Positions 36,280 to 45,212 of a DNA stretch of 64,000 bases are shown here, piece by piece. Below the pieces are notes generated by a model that was not told the origin of the DNA, ran no database searches, and saw only the letters and a program-made list of their open reading frames with translations. The position numbers and the translations under genes were made by a program. Position 1 is the stretch's first letter. Every line of letters begins with the position of its first letter. This DNA is from Nitrososphaerota archaeon (GTDB taxonomy: Archaea; Thermoproteota; Nitrososphaeria_A; Caldarchaeales; Calditenuaceae): NCBI GenBank assembly GCA_041641295.1, contig JBEPYO010000001.1, forward strand, positions 448,001 to 512,000, written 5' to 3'.

Positions 36280-38271
36280 ATGGTTTTGATAACAGACTTG
36301 AGTAAGCTTCTCTGGCAACCTGCGTATGAAGATGTGGCGAAGGCGAACATCAAGCGGTTTATGGAGCTTGTCAACGCGAAGAATGGTCTATCTCTAGATC
36401 CGTTTGAGAAGGGCGCCTACTTCCATCTCTATGAATGGAGTGTTACGGATATTCCGGCTTTCTGGGATAGTGTATGGGAGTTTGTCGGGATAAGAGCAGT
36501 CGAGCATTATGATATGGTTGTGGATGATTTAGATAAATTCCCTGGGGCTAAATGGTTTGTGGGTGCAAGGCTAAACTTCGCGGAGAATCTCTTGAAAGCC
36601 GAGGTTGACCGTCCGGCGCTAATATCAAGGAGGGAAGACGGCTATTCGAGGAGTGTTTCATACCAAGAGTTGAGGGGGCTAGTAGGTGGCCTCTCAAAGG
36701 GTCTGCTAGAAGAGGGGATAGGTGTTAATGATCGAGTCGCCGCATATATGCCCAATATCATCGAGACGAGCGTGGCTATGTTAGCCGCCACGTCGCTGGG
36801 GGCTTCATGGTCCTCGATAGGTACTGAGATGGGGGTTGATTCTGTCATTGATAGGTTTGGACAGGTGGAGCCTAAGGTTTTGTTCACTGTCGACGGCTAC
36901 ATATATAGGGGTAAAGAGTATGATGTCTTAGAGAGGGTTAGGGAAATTGCGAGAAATATCCCATCTATTAAGCGGATCGTTATTGTGCCTTATCTGAGGG
37001 ATAATCCGCGCATAGACCACATTCCGAAAAGCATCTTAATCGACAATTTCATGTCTGCTAAGAGTGCACCATCATACACTCATGTTCCTGCCTCCTCCCC
37101 CTTGTATATCATGTTCTCATCAGGTACTACAGGAAAGCCGAAATGTATGGTGCAGCCAATAGCCGGTGTCCTAGTAAATCATCTGAAAGAGCTTGTCATA
37201 CACACAGATCTTAAGCCTGAAGATGTAGTGACGTATATCACTTCGCCGAGCTGGATGATGTGGAACTGGTTGATGAGCGCTCTCGCTGTAGGATCCACAA
37301 TCTTTCTCTATGATGGCGACCCAAATTATCCGGACTGGAGGACCATGTGGCGGCTTGTAGAAGAACTTGAAATAACGGTCTTTGGCTGCAGTGCAAGCTA
37401 CATAAACAATCTCAGAGGCTTGGCGGCGCGGCCGGGCGAGCTGCACAACCTCGAATCCCTCAGGGAAATATCGCAGACCGGCTCGGCCCTTTCACCGGAA
37501 GGGTTTGAATGGATTTATACAATGGTTAAGAAGGACTTACACTTTAACTCCATTTCAGGCGGTACAGATATAAATGGATGCTTCGCCGCCGGAAGCCCTA
37601 TACTGCCGGTGTACGCAGGGCAGATCCAGTCTCCTGCCCTAGGTATGAAGATAAAGTGCTACAATGAAGAGGGCGAGCCCGTCCTAGATAGGGAGGGGGA
37701 ACTTGTGTGCGAAGCCCCGGCACCATCGATGCCAATATATTTTCTCAATGACGAGGGGTTCGAGAGGTATTTAGACGCATACTTCAGATTTTATACTAAT
37801 AAGCGGGTCTGGAGGCACGGCGACTATGTCATATTCCACAGCGACACAGGGGGGATAACATTCTTGGGGAGAAGCGACGCCACACTTAAGCCCTCGGGCG
37901 TGAGGATAGGCACAGCTGAGATATACCGCGTGCTCGAGAGCTTTCCCGAGATAGTGGATAGTCTTGCCGTGGGGCAGAGCTGGAGAGGGGATCAGAGGAT
38001 AATACTCTTCGTCAAGATGGCTAAAGGATTTATGTTGACTGATGAGTTGATAGATAGGATTAAGAAGGCTCTACGCGAGAGAGCTTCGCCGCGACATGTT
38101 CCTGCTATAGTCATAGAGGTACCTGACATACCTTACACGTTTAATATGAAGAAAGTCGAGATAGCGGTAGCGAATATAGTTAACGGGAGGAAAGTAACTA
38201 ATAAGGCGTCGATAATGAATCCAGAGTCTCTTGATTATTTTGAGAAGATACTCCCTTTGCTCAGGGATTAG
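36280..38271 (+). CDS. Acetoacetate--CoA ligase
   Basis: LNFAENLL, FSSGTTGKPK, SISGGTDI, GRSDATLKPSGVRIG, KKVEIAV. Confidence 0.9.
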   Translation: MVLITDLSKLLWQPAYEDVAKANIKRFMELVNAKNGLSLDPFEKGAYFHLYEWSVTDIPAFWDSVWEFVGIRAVEHYDMVVDDLDKFPGAKWFVGARLNFAENLLKAEVDRPALISRREDGYSRSVSYQELRGLVGGLSKGLLEEGIGVNDRVAAYMPNIIETSVAMLAATSLGASWSSIGTEMGVDSVIDRFGQVEPKVLFTVDGYIYRGKEYDVLERVREIARNIPSIKRIVIVPYLRDNPRIDHIPKSILIDNFMSAKSAPSYTHVPASSPLYIMFSSGTTGKPKCMVQPIAGVLVNHLKELVIHTDLKPEDVVTYITSPSWMMWNWLMSALAVGSTIFLYDGDPNYPDWRTMWRLVEELEITVFGCSASYINNLRGLAARPGELHNLESLREISQTGSALSPEGFEWIYTMVKKDLHFNSISGGTDINGCFAAGSPILPVYAGQIQSPALGMKIKCYNEEGEPVLDREGELVCEAPAPSMPIYFLNDEGFERYLDAYFRFYTNKRVWRHGDYVIFHSDTGGITFLGRSDATLKPSGVRIGTAEIYRVLESFPEIVDSLAVGQSWRGDQRIILFVKMAKGFMLTDELIDRIKKALRERASPRHVPAIVIEVPDIPYTFNMKKVEIAVANIVNGRKVTNKASIMNPESLDYFEKILPLLRD

Positions 38272-38403
38272 TTCCACATTAGTAGCATCTAGTACTGTTA
38301 ACTTTGCCCCTCTTTTTCAACCAACGTGGGCTTAGATGCGGGTTAAACCATATGGTCGCCCATTCCATCATAGATATGTAGTATGTGGATAGGGTAATTA
38401 CGG

Positions 38404-38853
38404 TTAGGTGGGGGTTTTCTGTTGTATTAGTTCTCTTGGCGTGCGTGTTTTTACGGGGAGTTTGTCTGCTTGGCCTGTTCTCCATGTTAAGTATAGCTGG
38501 ACTTCTGGATTGTTGTCGAGCACCATTGCTTCAAGGGCATCCCTGTAGCTGAGCCCCCTCCCCAGATATCGCAGCATGTTCTCAATGTGCTCTTCCCAAG
38601 AGTCTGGGTGGGGTGGGAAAAGTATTCGATGCTCCTCGCTCTTTAGGTAGCTTAGGTATAATTCCCGCCCGCTTCTTTCTCCTACGTGCCTTGAGACGGA
38701 GCCGACGAGGTCGAGCAGGGCATAGATTGTGACACCCTTTACTGAGCCTCTAAGCCTTCTGAGGGCTTCCTCGTTCTCGCTCCAGCGGGGGTCGTTCCTG
38801 AGTGCGAGGTGGTGGATGATTAGGACATCTGGGCCAATGACTATCAATCCCAA
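38404..38853 (-). CDS. PIN-domain (VapC-like) protein with a degenerate acidic active site
   Basis: PIN-like size and LSYRDAL motif; downstream of an RHH gene. Confidence 0.55.
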   Translation of the reverse strand: MGLIVIGPDVLIIHHLALRNDPRWSENEEALRRLRGSVKGVTIYALLDLVGSVSRHVGERSGRELYLSYLKSEEHRILFPPHPDSWEEHIENMLRYLGRGLSYRDALEAMVLDNNPEVQLYLTWRTGQADKLPVKTRTPRELIQQKTPT

Positions 38854-38862
38854 TAGGCCACC

Positions 38863-39129
38863 TCACTCCTCGTCGTCAACTTCAACCCTCGCTGGGCTGG
38901 GTGTGAAGATGAGGTCTTCGGGGTTTCCAGTTCTAGTTAGCCTGCCGCTCAGGTATAGTGCCGTGGCACGGGCCTCGGGCGAAGTCCTAGAATACCGGGC
39001 TAACAGCATCCTGATTGCGTCACTTATGGCCTCGCTCCTGTTTCTGAAGAGCCCCTCATTGCAGAGCTCGTCAATCCTCTTGACAAGGGCCGAACTGACC
39101 CTAACCTGTAAGAGTACAGTATCCGCCAT
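38863..39129 (-). CDS. Ribbon-helix-helix (CopG/antitoxin-like) protein
   Basis: LQVRVSSALVKRIDEL...FRNRSEAISDAIR. Confidence 0.8.
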   Translation of the reverse strand: MADTVLLQVRVSSALVKRIDELCNEGLFRNRSEAISDAIRMLLARYSRTSPEARATALYLSGRLTRTGNPEDLIFTPSPARVEVDDEE

Positions 39130-39250
39130 TCCAATCCCACCATACCATGTGAAGTATGATTATTAAAGCATTTGAGATTATTCGCTGTTTTCGTATGGGG
39201 GAGAATATCTTTTTAAGTTGGGTTGTACATATTATGGTTTGAATACCCCT

Positions 39251-39658
39251 ATGCATGACTATGTCAAGCTTGGTAAGTTGGAAGAGAGGGCCCTCAAGCT
39301 CCTACTTAAGCATGGGGAGAAGGGGCTCCTCCAGTCTGAACTCTGGCACTTATTGGGCATCACCAGCAGGGATGGCTCGCGCGTGGCCATCAAGCTGGAG
39401 AAGAGGGGGCTGGTTAAGCGGGTTAGAGAGTTCGCAAATGATAGGTGGACTATGCGTCTAATATCGCAGGTCAAGCTTCTGGATCTGAGCATTATTAAGG
39501 ACGCTCCATGCCCTGCCTGCCCCTATAACGACTCCTGCGGCCCCTCTGGAAGCTATTCACCGACGGAGTGTGTATTGATAGAGTCTTGGCTCCTTAGCTT
39601 GGCCGATGCTAGGGCCAAGAAGGAGGAGACCACCGTTCAGACGCCGGTTAAGGCTTAG
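39251..39658 (+). CDS. TFE-beta / RPC34-like protein (wHTH plus 4Fe-4S domain)
   Basis: GLLQSELW wHTH; PCPACPYNDSC...SPTEC...WL matches the RPC34 Fe-S motif; start ATG 39251. Confidence 0.8.
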   Translation: MHDYVKLGKLEERALKLLLKHGEKGLLQSELWHLLGITSRDGSRVAIKLEKRGLVKRVREFANDRWTMRLISQVKLLDLSIIKDAPCPACPYNDSCGPSGSYSPTECVLIESWLLSLADARAKKEETTVQTPVKA

Positions 39659-39666
39659 AGTAACTT

Positions 39667-39700
39667 TTTACACAGTTATGTCACCATTAAACTGTGTAAA
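39667..39700. promoter_or_regulatory. Perfect 11-bp inverted repeat upstream of the cox promoter
   Basis: TTTACACAGTT-N12-AACTGTGTAAA, followed by TATA-like GGTTTATTT at about 39708. Confidence 0.55.
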
Positions 39701-39751
39701 CAGTATTGGTTTATTTCTAACCCGAACCCTCAGAAGATGTTGAGCTAAGAT

Positions 39752-40387
39752 ATGGTTGCGACCACCGTAGACATATTCACGTCTCTTTGGAGCATCTTCT
39801 CTACCCTCGGAGTTCTGGTAGGCGTTGTCGTAATGTCATACATGGTATATCTCATAGTTAAGAACCGCGCCAAGCCTGAGAAACCGGAGCCGGAGGACAC
39901 GCCGAGGCCTGGCGAGCTCCCGCGGGAGCAGAAGGGTGCCAAAAAGCTTCTAATCTCAGTCGTCCTGAGCGCCTCCATCGTGATCACCCTAATCTCGCTC
40001 ACATTCATAGCCCTTGACAATCTGGATAGGCCGCCAGCTGATGCCTTGGAGGTGAAGGTTGTTGCTTTTCAGTGGGGATGGAAGTTCATCTACCCCAACG
40101 GCTATGAGTCTGTAGGCGAGCTTAGAATACCGCGAGGAACCGCTGTCAAGCTCTATGTCACAAGCCAAGACGTGTTCCACAACATAGGCATCATCGACTT
40201 GAGGCTTAAAGTGGACGCGATTCCAGGCAAGACCAATATAGGATGGACTAGAGTCTATGAGACCGGTGTCTACGACATCAGGTGTTTTGAACTCTGCGGC
40301 GACGGGCATGGCGTAATGATAGGTAAACTCATCGTAATGGATCCTGGGGAGTTCAACTCATGGTATTCCTCGCTGCAGGTGAGTTAG
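39752..40387 (+). CDS. coxB: Cytochrome c oxidase subunit II (CuA)
   Basis: QWGW, DVFH, CFELCGDGHGVM. Confidence 0.93.
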   Translation: MVATTVDIFTSLWSIFSTLGVLVGVVVMSYMVYLIVKNRAKPEKPEPEDTPRPGELPREQKGAKKLLISVVLSASIVITLISLTFIALDNLDRPPADALEVKVVAFQWGWKFIYPNGYESVGELRIPRGTAVKLYVTSQDVFHNIGIIDLRLKVDAIPGKTNIGWTRVYETGVYDIRCFELCGDGHGVMIGKLIVMDPGEFNSWYSSLQVS

Positions 40388-40388
40388 G

Positions 40389-42716
40389 TTGGATCCCCAC
40401 CAGCTCCCACCTTCCCACTCAATCAAGAGGTGGCTACTGACAACAAACCATAAAGACGTCGGAATACTATACCTCGTGACTTCTCTATACTTCTTGATTG
40501 TAGGCGGTGTGTTAGCCCTACTCTTTAGGCTACAGCTAGCTGGGCCTGGACTTAACATACTTTCTCCTCCAGCTTTCAACCAAGCGGTAACTATCCATGG
40601 ATTGGTCATGGTTCTCTTCGTAGTCTCCCCACTAGCATTCGCCTTGGCTAACTATATTGTTCCGCTCCAGATAGGTGCGCGGGACTTGGCGTTTCCGAGG
40701 CTCAACGCCCTGAGCTACTGGCTCTACCTCTTCGGAGGGTTGCTTGTTGTGATTTCTTTCTTCCAGGATAGGACGCTTGATGTTGGATGGACTCTATATC
40801 AGCCCTTGTCATCAGCCTTCTCGCCCTATGTCGGCGTAAATACGGGGGGTTTAGGGCTGGCGCTCCTAACGGCTTCTGTAACAGTTTCTACTGTGAATTT
40901 CGTTGTAACTATCTTCAGGTCGAGGGCTAAGGGGTTGAGGCTGACCGCTCTCCCCATGTTCACTATAGGCATCCTACTCACCGTGTTGATGATGCTCTAC
41001 GCATTCCCCGCACTACTGGCTGGAATAATTCTCCTAGCCTCCGACAGGATTCTGGGGACGGTATACTTCACCTCCCCACAGGGAGGAGCAATCCTCTGGG
41101 ACCACATATTCTGGTTCTTCGGACACCCGGAGGTCTACATAGTCCTATTCCCCGCCCTGGGCGTCTTTGGAGACGTCCTAGTCACTTTTTCGAGAAGACC
41201 ACTCTTCGCCCGGAGGATTATAATAGCGGCCATGGTTGTGGTTGCTACTCTGAGCTTCCTCGTCTGGGGACACCACATGTTCCTCACGGGCATGCACCCT
41301 GATGTGAGGAGGGCGTTCACGGTTACGACAATCGCGATATCCCTGCCCTTCGATGCGATAATCCTCTCATTCATCTACACTTTGGCTAAGGCCAGGATTG
41401 AGCTTAGGACGCCCATGCTCTTCGTGCTCGGCTCAATAGCAATATTCATCATAGGCGGGATCACCGGGGTTTTCTTGGGCTCCATCGCTCTAGACTATGT
41501 CCTGCGAGGCACGTACTTTGTCGTGGCTCACTTCCACTACACGATGGCTGGAGGTGCTTTAGTGGGGCTGATAGCGGGTGTATACTACTGGTATCCCAAG
41601 ATGACTGGGAGAATGTTTAGCGAGAAGCTGGGTAGGCTCCAGTTTGTACTGACCATGATAGGATTCAACATGCTCTACTTCCCACTCTTCCTTTCATGGG
41701 AGATGCCGAGGCGCGTCCCCCTATACATCGAGAAGCTCATGCCTCTACAGCAGATCGCAACAATCGGCGGGTTCATTTTCGCAACATCGTTCCTCGTCAT
41801 GTTCTGGAACCTGCTATACAGCCTAAGATATGGAGAGCCTGCTGGCAAAAATCCATGGGGGGCTCACACGCTGGAGTGGATGACTGAGTCTCCACCACCG
41901 CCCCACAACTTCGACGGCACCCCAACCTTCGCTGATGGGAGGCTATCCTTCATAGCGGCAAACGGCGCAGCTCACGGCGAGCCTGAGACACATCTTAGCC
42001 CCTGGCCCTTCATGCTAAGCCTTGCCTCGTTTGTAGCCCTGCTGGGTTTGACGACGCATATTCTAATATCGGTCGCTGGTGTGGGCTTGCTTGCCTTCTC
42101 GGTCCTAGGCTTCGCTGGTGAGAGATTTGTTAGCCGTGAAGAAGCCCTCGGCGAGAGGTGGCCATTCGAGCATGTAGATAGGATGAAGCTGGCCTGGTGG
42201 ACATTCATCTCTTCTGAGGTCGTGCTCTTCGGGGTTATTCTCAGCGCCTATGTCTATGTGAGAACCGCGTCAGCTACTTGGCCTGCCCCTGGGACGCTTC
42301 TTGACATAAGCCACGGAGCGATGAATACGTTCATCCTCCTCACCAGCAGCCTAACGGTAGTTTTAGCGCTGGCCTCCTCGAGGGTGGGCAACAGGGTGGG
42401 AACGGTTGGATTCCTAGCAGCCACGCTATTCCTCGGCACCCTCTTCCTATTCAACAAGTATAATGAGTGGTCTGAGCTCTTCAGCCACGGCATAACATTC
42501 TCCAGCAGTCTACCTGCGTCAACCTTCTTCCTAACTACAGGAATCCACGGAGCACACGTCTTTGCAGGACTCCTCGCGCTAGCCTATCTCTTGGCTCGGG
42601 CGTTGAGGGGGGCCTACATTGGCAAGGGTCACGAGACTCTAGAGTACTTCGGATACTACTGGCACTTCGTCGACATAGTTTGGGTCTTTATCTTCCCGCT
42701 CTTCTATCTGGTGTGA
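40389..42716 (+). CDS. coxA: Cytochrome c oxidase subunit I+III fusion (A1 type)
   Basis: GHPEVY, WGHH, HFHY; C-terminal subunit III motifs TGIHGAHV and YWHFVDIVW. Confidence 0.93.
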   Translation: MDPHQLPPSHSIKRWLLTTNHKDVGILYLVTSLYFLIVGGVLALLFRLQLAGPGLNILSPPAFNQAVTIHGLVMVLFVVSPLAFALANYIVPLQIGARDLAFPRLNALSYWLYLFGGLLVVISFFQDRTLDVGWTLYQPLSSAFSPYVGVNTGGLGLALLTASVTVSTVNFVVTIFRSRAKGLRLTALPMFTIGILLTVLMMLYAFPALLAGIILLASDRILGTVYFTSPQGGAILWDHIFWFFGHPEVYIVLFPALGVFGDVLVTFSRRPLFARRIIIAAMVVVATLSFLVWGHHMFLTGMHPDVRRAFTVTTIAISLPFDAIILSFIYTLAKARIELRTPMLFVLGSIAIFIIGGITGVFLGSIALDYVLRGTYFVVAHFHYTMAGGALVGLIAGVYYWYPKMTGRMFSEKLGRLQFVLTMIGFNMLYFPLFLSWEMPRRVPLYIEKLMPLQQIATIGGFIFATSFLVMFWNLLYSLRYGEPAGKNPWGAHTLEWMTESPPPPHNFDGTPTFADGRLSFIAANGAAHGEPETHLSPWPFMLSLASFVALLGLTTHILISVAGVGLLAFSVLGFAGERFVSREEALGERWPFEHVDRMKLAWWTFISSEVVLFGVILSAYVYVRTASATWPAPGTLLDISHGAMNTFILLTSSLTVVLALASSRVGNRVGTVGFLAATLFLGTLFLFNKYNEWSELFSHGITFSSSLPASTFFLTTGIHGAHVFAGLLALAYLLARALRGAYIGKGHETLEYFGYYWHFVDIVWVFIFPLFYLV

Positions 42717-42717
42717 G

Positions 42718-42999
42718 GTGAGTGAGATGCGCGTGTGGGTGTACTTATCGGTCTTCGCCGCCCTGGTCTTGATGACTGTTCTGGAGCTGGTGCTCTTTAG
42801 TCTGCCGCTCCCGAGGCTTATCATAGACATGAGTATAGTGGGTCTGGCCGGTGGGAAGGCCATCCTCATCGCCCTCTTCTTCCAACACCTAGCGTATGAG
42901 CCGAGAAGCCTGTCGGCTTTCGCCCTACTGGGGTTAGGAAGCGTGGTGGCCTTCCTCTTCCTCAGCGTATACTCAATAATCGGGATTGTGTTTAGATAG
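42718..42999 (+). CDS. Cytochrome c oxidase subunit IV
   Basis: Three TM helices; KAILIALFFQHL. Confidence 0.8.
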   Translation: MSEMRVWVYLSVFAALVLMTVLELVLFSLPLPRLIIDMSIVGLAGGKAILIALFFQHLAYEPRSLSAFALLGLGSVVAFLFLSVYSIIGIVFR

Positions 43000-43022
43000 T
43001 TTCTGAGGGTGGTGGGCTTTCT

Positions 43023-43115
43023 ATGAGGAGCGCCTATCTTGTGGCGGTCTTCGCGGGTCTGGCCGGGCTGGTGCTTGTAGTTCTGCTGCTCTGGAGGCTG
43101 GTCGGAGGCCTATAG
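43023..43115 (+). CDS. 30-aa single-TM peptide MRSAYLVAVFAGLAGLVLVVLLLWRLVGGL
   Basis: ATG 43023 preceded by GAGGGTGGTGG; TAG ends at 43115; directly after cox subunit IV; below the ORF-track size cut-off. Confidence 0.5.
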   Translation: MRSAYLVAVFAGLAGLVLVVLLLWRLVGGL

Positions 43116-45212
43116 CCACCTCTCAAGCCTAGCGTCTTTCGCTGGATGGTTTATCGAGGCTCCTATGGCCTCGAAGACCGTCTCCGCCGCCCTCCTGAGA
43201 TAGGCCCTGTAGTACTCCTTGTCGTATCTCCCCCTGAAGAGCTGTGTGGCCCTAACCCTGAGGAGGGGGTTTGGATGGCTCTGCGAGGTGATTATGAATC
43301 CGACCTCCATCCCCTTCTCAAGCCTTATCCCGAGGGCTTGGAGCTGGGTGGCTGCGGACGATTGGGCGAGGCCGCGGCTATACTCTCTTGGGTCTTTTCC
43401 CAGCGTCTTCCTTATCTCAAGCTCCTCGACACCTAATCCGCCGTCGATGAGCCCTTCATACTCTTCCAGCAGCTTGACGCCCTCCTCAACACCGCGAGTA
43501 AGGACCTCTCCGACACTGTCGAAGGACATGAGGGTTCTGATGAGCCGCTCCTGAAACTCCTTCACTATGGCCGGCGTGTCACTCCTTCTAAGCTCTATAC
43601 CCCGCGCCTCAACCACCCCTTCGTAGGTTAGGCCGAAATACCTCTTTAGGGCCGGCGTGTCAGGGTCTGTCCTTAGGCGTGGGAAGGCTATGAACTTGAA
43701 GTGCCGGTCGAGGGACATGGGGAGCCCCGTTGCCGCCGATATCTCCTCTGCAAGCCTCTCGTAGTCCCTCCTCGACGCCCCATTCCTATGGACGAAGAGG
43801 GAGTCCACGTCGCCGTAGACTATCTCGAAGCCGTTCTCCTCGGCAACCCACTTGCTTATGAGCATCGCCTCCCTCGAGACCCTGTTTATCTCCTCGAATG
43901 CGAGGGTGTTTCCGAACCTGTTCCAGCAGCAGCCGCTTATCCCATACTGGGTGCAGAGTATCAGCTTGAGGGCCTCTATCCTCTCCGTGCAGTAGAGCTC
44001 CTCGTCGCTTAGTGGTGGTAGGGTTTTCCTGAGCCTCTTGAGCCTGAGCCGCCTCTCAAGCCACGGCCGCAGGATTGAGGGTATGAGCCTCCCACTGCCC
44101 GAGGGGCTCTCATAGCTTATCCTATGCTTCAGTATGATGCTGGGGTATTGGGAGTCGAAGTCTAGGGCTGCCACGTTCTCGTGGAGGCCTGGCTTGGGCG
44201 TGAATGTCACACCGCCCCGGTCGCGCTCCAAGAGCTCAACCAGACATCTCACCTCCTCCATATACTCGAGCCTCGGCGCGTGGATGCCCATCCTCGCGAG
44301 CTCGTAGAGGTTTCGCGAATCAATACACCTGTTGCTGGTCCACCTAGTCGCTAGGCCTAGTGTCGTGAAGGAGAAGCGGGCCCTCTCAACAAGACCCGCG
44401 AGACCATACTCGTCAGGCTCGAAGCCGTAGAAGACATCTCCCAAAAAGACCCTGCCAGCAGCCGAGCCCTGAGAGAGCCTCCAAGCATCAAGACACCTCC
44501 CAACAGCCCTACGGACCTCGGGGCTCGCCAGCCACTCCATAAACGGTCCACAAGAACCACGATGAAGGCCGGGAACATAGATTAGATCTGGGTCAAGGCT
44601 GGCGATCAGCCTCACCAGCTCTTCCAAGACCCTGTCCTCAGAGCCTTCAACCCACCAGGAGCTCCTGGCACGCTGTATATGCAGGCCAGCCAACCTCGCA
44701 CCCGAGTATCTCGGCAAAATCTTTAGGAGTGAGAATGGGGGTGGTCTGATCTCGTCCAAGTCCTCTAGGCGTTCGGCGGAGACTATCCTGTCCCCCGAGA
44801 CCGTGAAGACTGCGCGGCTGGATGGCTCGATCTGTAGGCGGTTGAATAGGTATCTCTGGACGTGGGGGAGGTCGTCGCCGTATGTCTCCACCGCTAGACC
44901 ACTACGCTTGACTAGCCTTGAGACGCGGCCGATGCTCCTCGCGCAGAAGGACTCTATCCTCACCAGACACCTCCGCTCTGTATTCCTCAGGCCTACAAGC
45001 CCCTCGACAACCTTGACACTTCTGACAAGGGGTGACTGCTCGAGGAGCTGGACCAGCTCCCTCAGAGCCTCGACACTCCGCGGCTCAGCGAGGATGTGTG
45101 GGCGATACTCGTCGACCAGTCTCAGAGCCTCTCCGCTAGGCGTCTTAACCCACACAACCGCCTCGTCGTCTAGCACGTATACGTCGAGGATCCAGCCCTC
45201 TATACTCCTCAG
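43110..45212 (-). CDS. polB2: Family B DNA polymerase of the PolB2/Dpo2 group
   Basis: DFDSQYPS, KLILCTQYG, YGDVDS, KRYFG, RGIELRRSD; degenerate exonuclease region. GWILDVY lies upstream of the track start (45176), which suggests a CTG start at 45212. Confidence 0.82.
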   Translation of the reverse strand: MRSIEGWILDVYVLDDEAVVWVKTPSGEALRLVDEYRPHILAEPRSVEALRELVQLLEQSPLVRSVKVVEGLVGLRNTERRCLVRIESFCARSIGRVSRLVKRSGLAVETYGDDLPHVQRYLFNRLQIEPSSRAVFTVSGDRIVSAERLEDLDEIRPPPFSLLKILPRYSGARLAGLHIQRARSSWWVEGSEDRVLEELVRLIASLDPDLIYVPGLHRGSCGPFMEWLASPEVRRAVGRCLDAWRLSQGSAAGRVFLGDVFYGFEPDEYGLAGLVERARFSFTTLGLATRWTSNRCIDSRNLYELARMGIHAPRLEYMEEVRCLVELLERDRGGVTFTPKPGLHENVAALDFDSQYPSIILKHRISYESPSGSGRLIPSILRPWLERRLRLKRLRKTLPPLSDEELYCTERIEALKLILCTQYGISGCCWNRFGNTLAFEEINRVSREAMLISKWVAEENGFEIVYGDVDSLFVHRNGASRRDYERLAEEISAATGLPMSLDRHFKFIAFPRLRTDPDTPALKRYFGLTYEGVVEARGIELRRSDTPAIVKEFQERLIRTLMSFDSVGEVLTRGVEEGVKLLEEYEGLIDGGLGVEELEIRKTLGKDPREYSRGLAQSSAATQLQALGIRLEKGMEVGFIITSQSHPNPLLRVRATQLFRGRYDKEYYRAYLRRAAETVFEAIGASINHPAKDARLERWL

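Noticed and set aside
22050-39200. Integrative element or provirus at tRNA-Asp
   Set aside because: No integrase or viral genes, and no duplicated tRNA 3' end found by eye at the distal border
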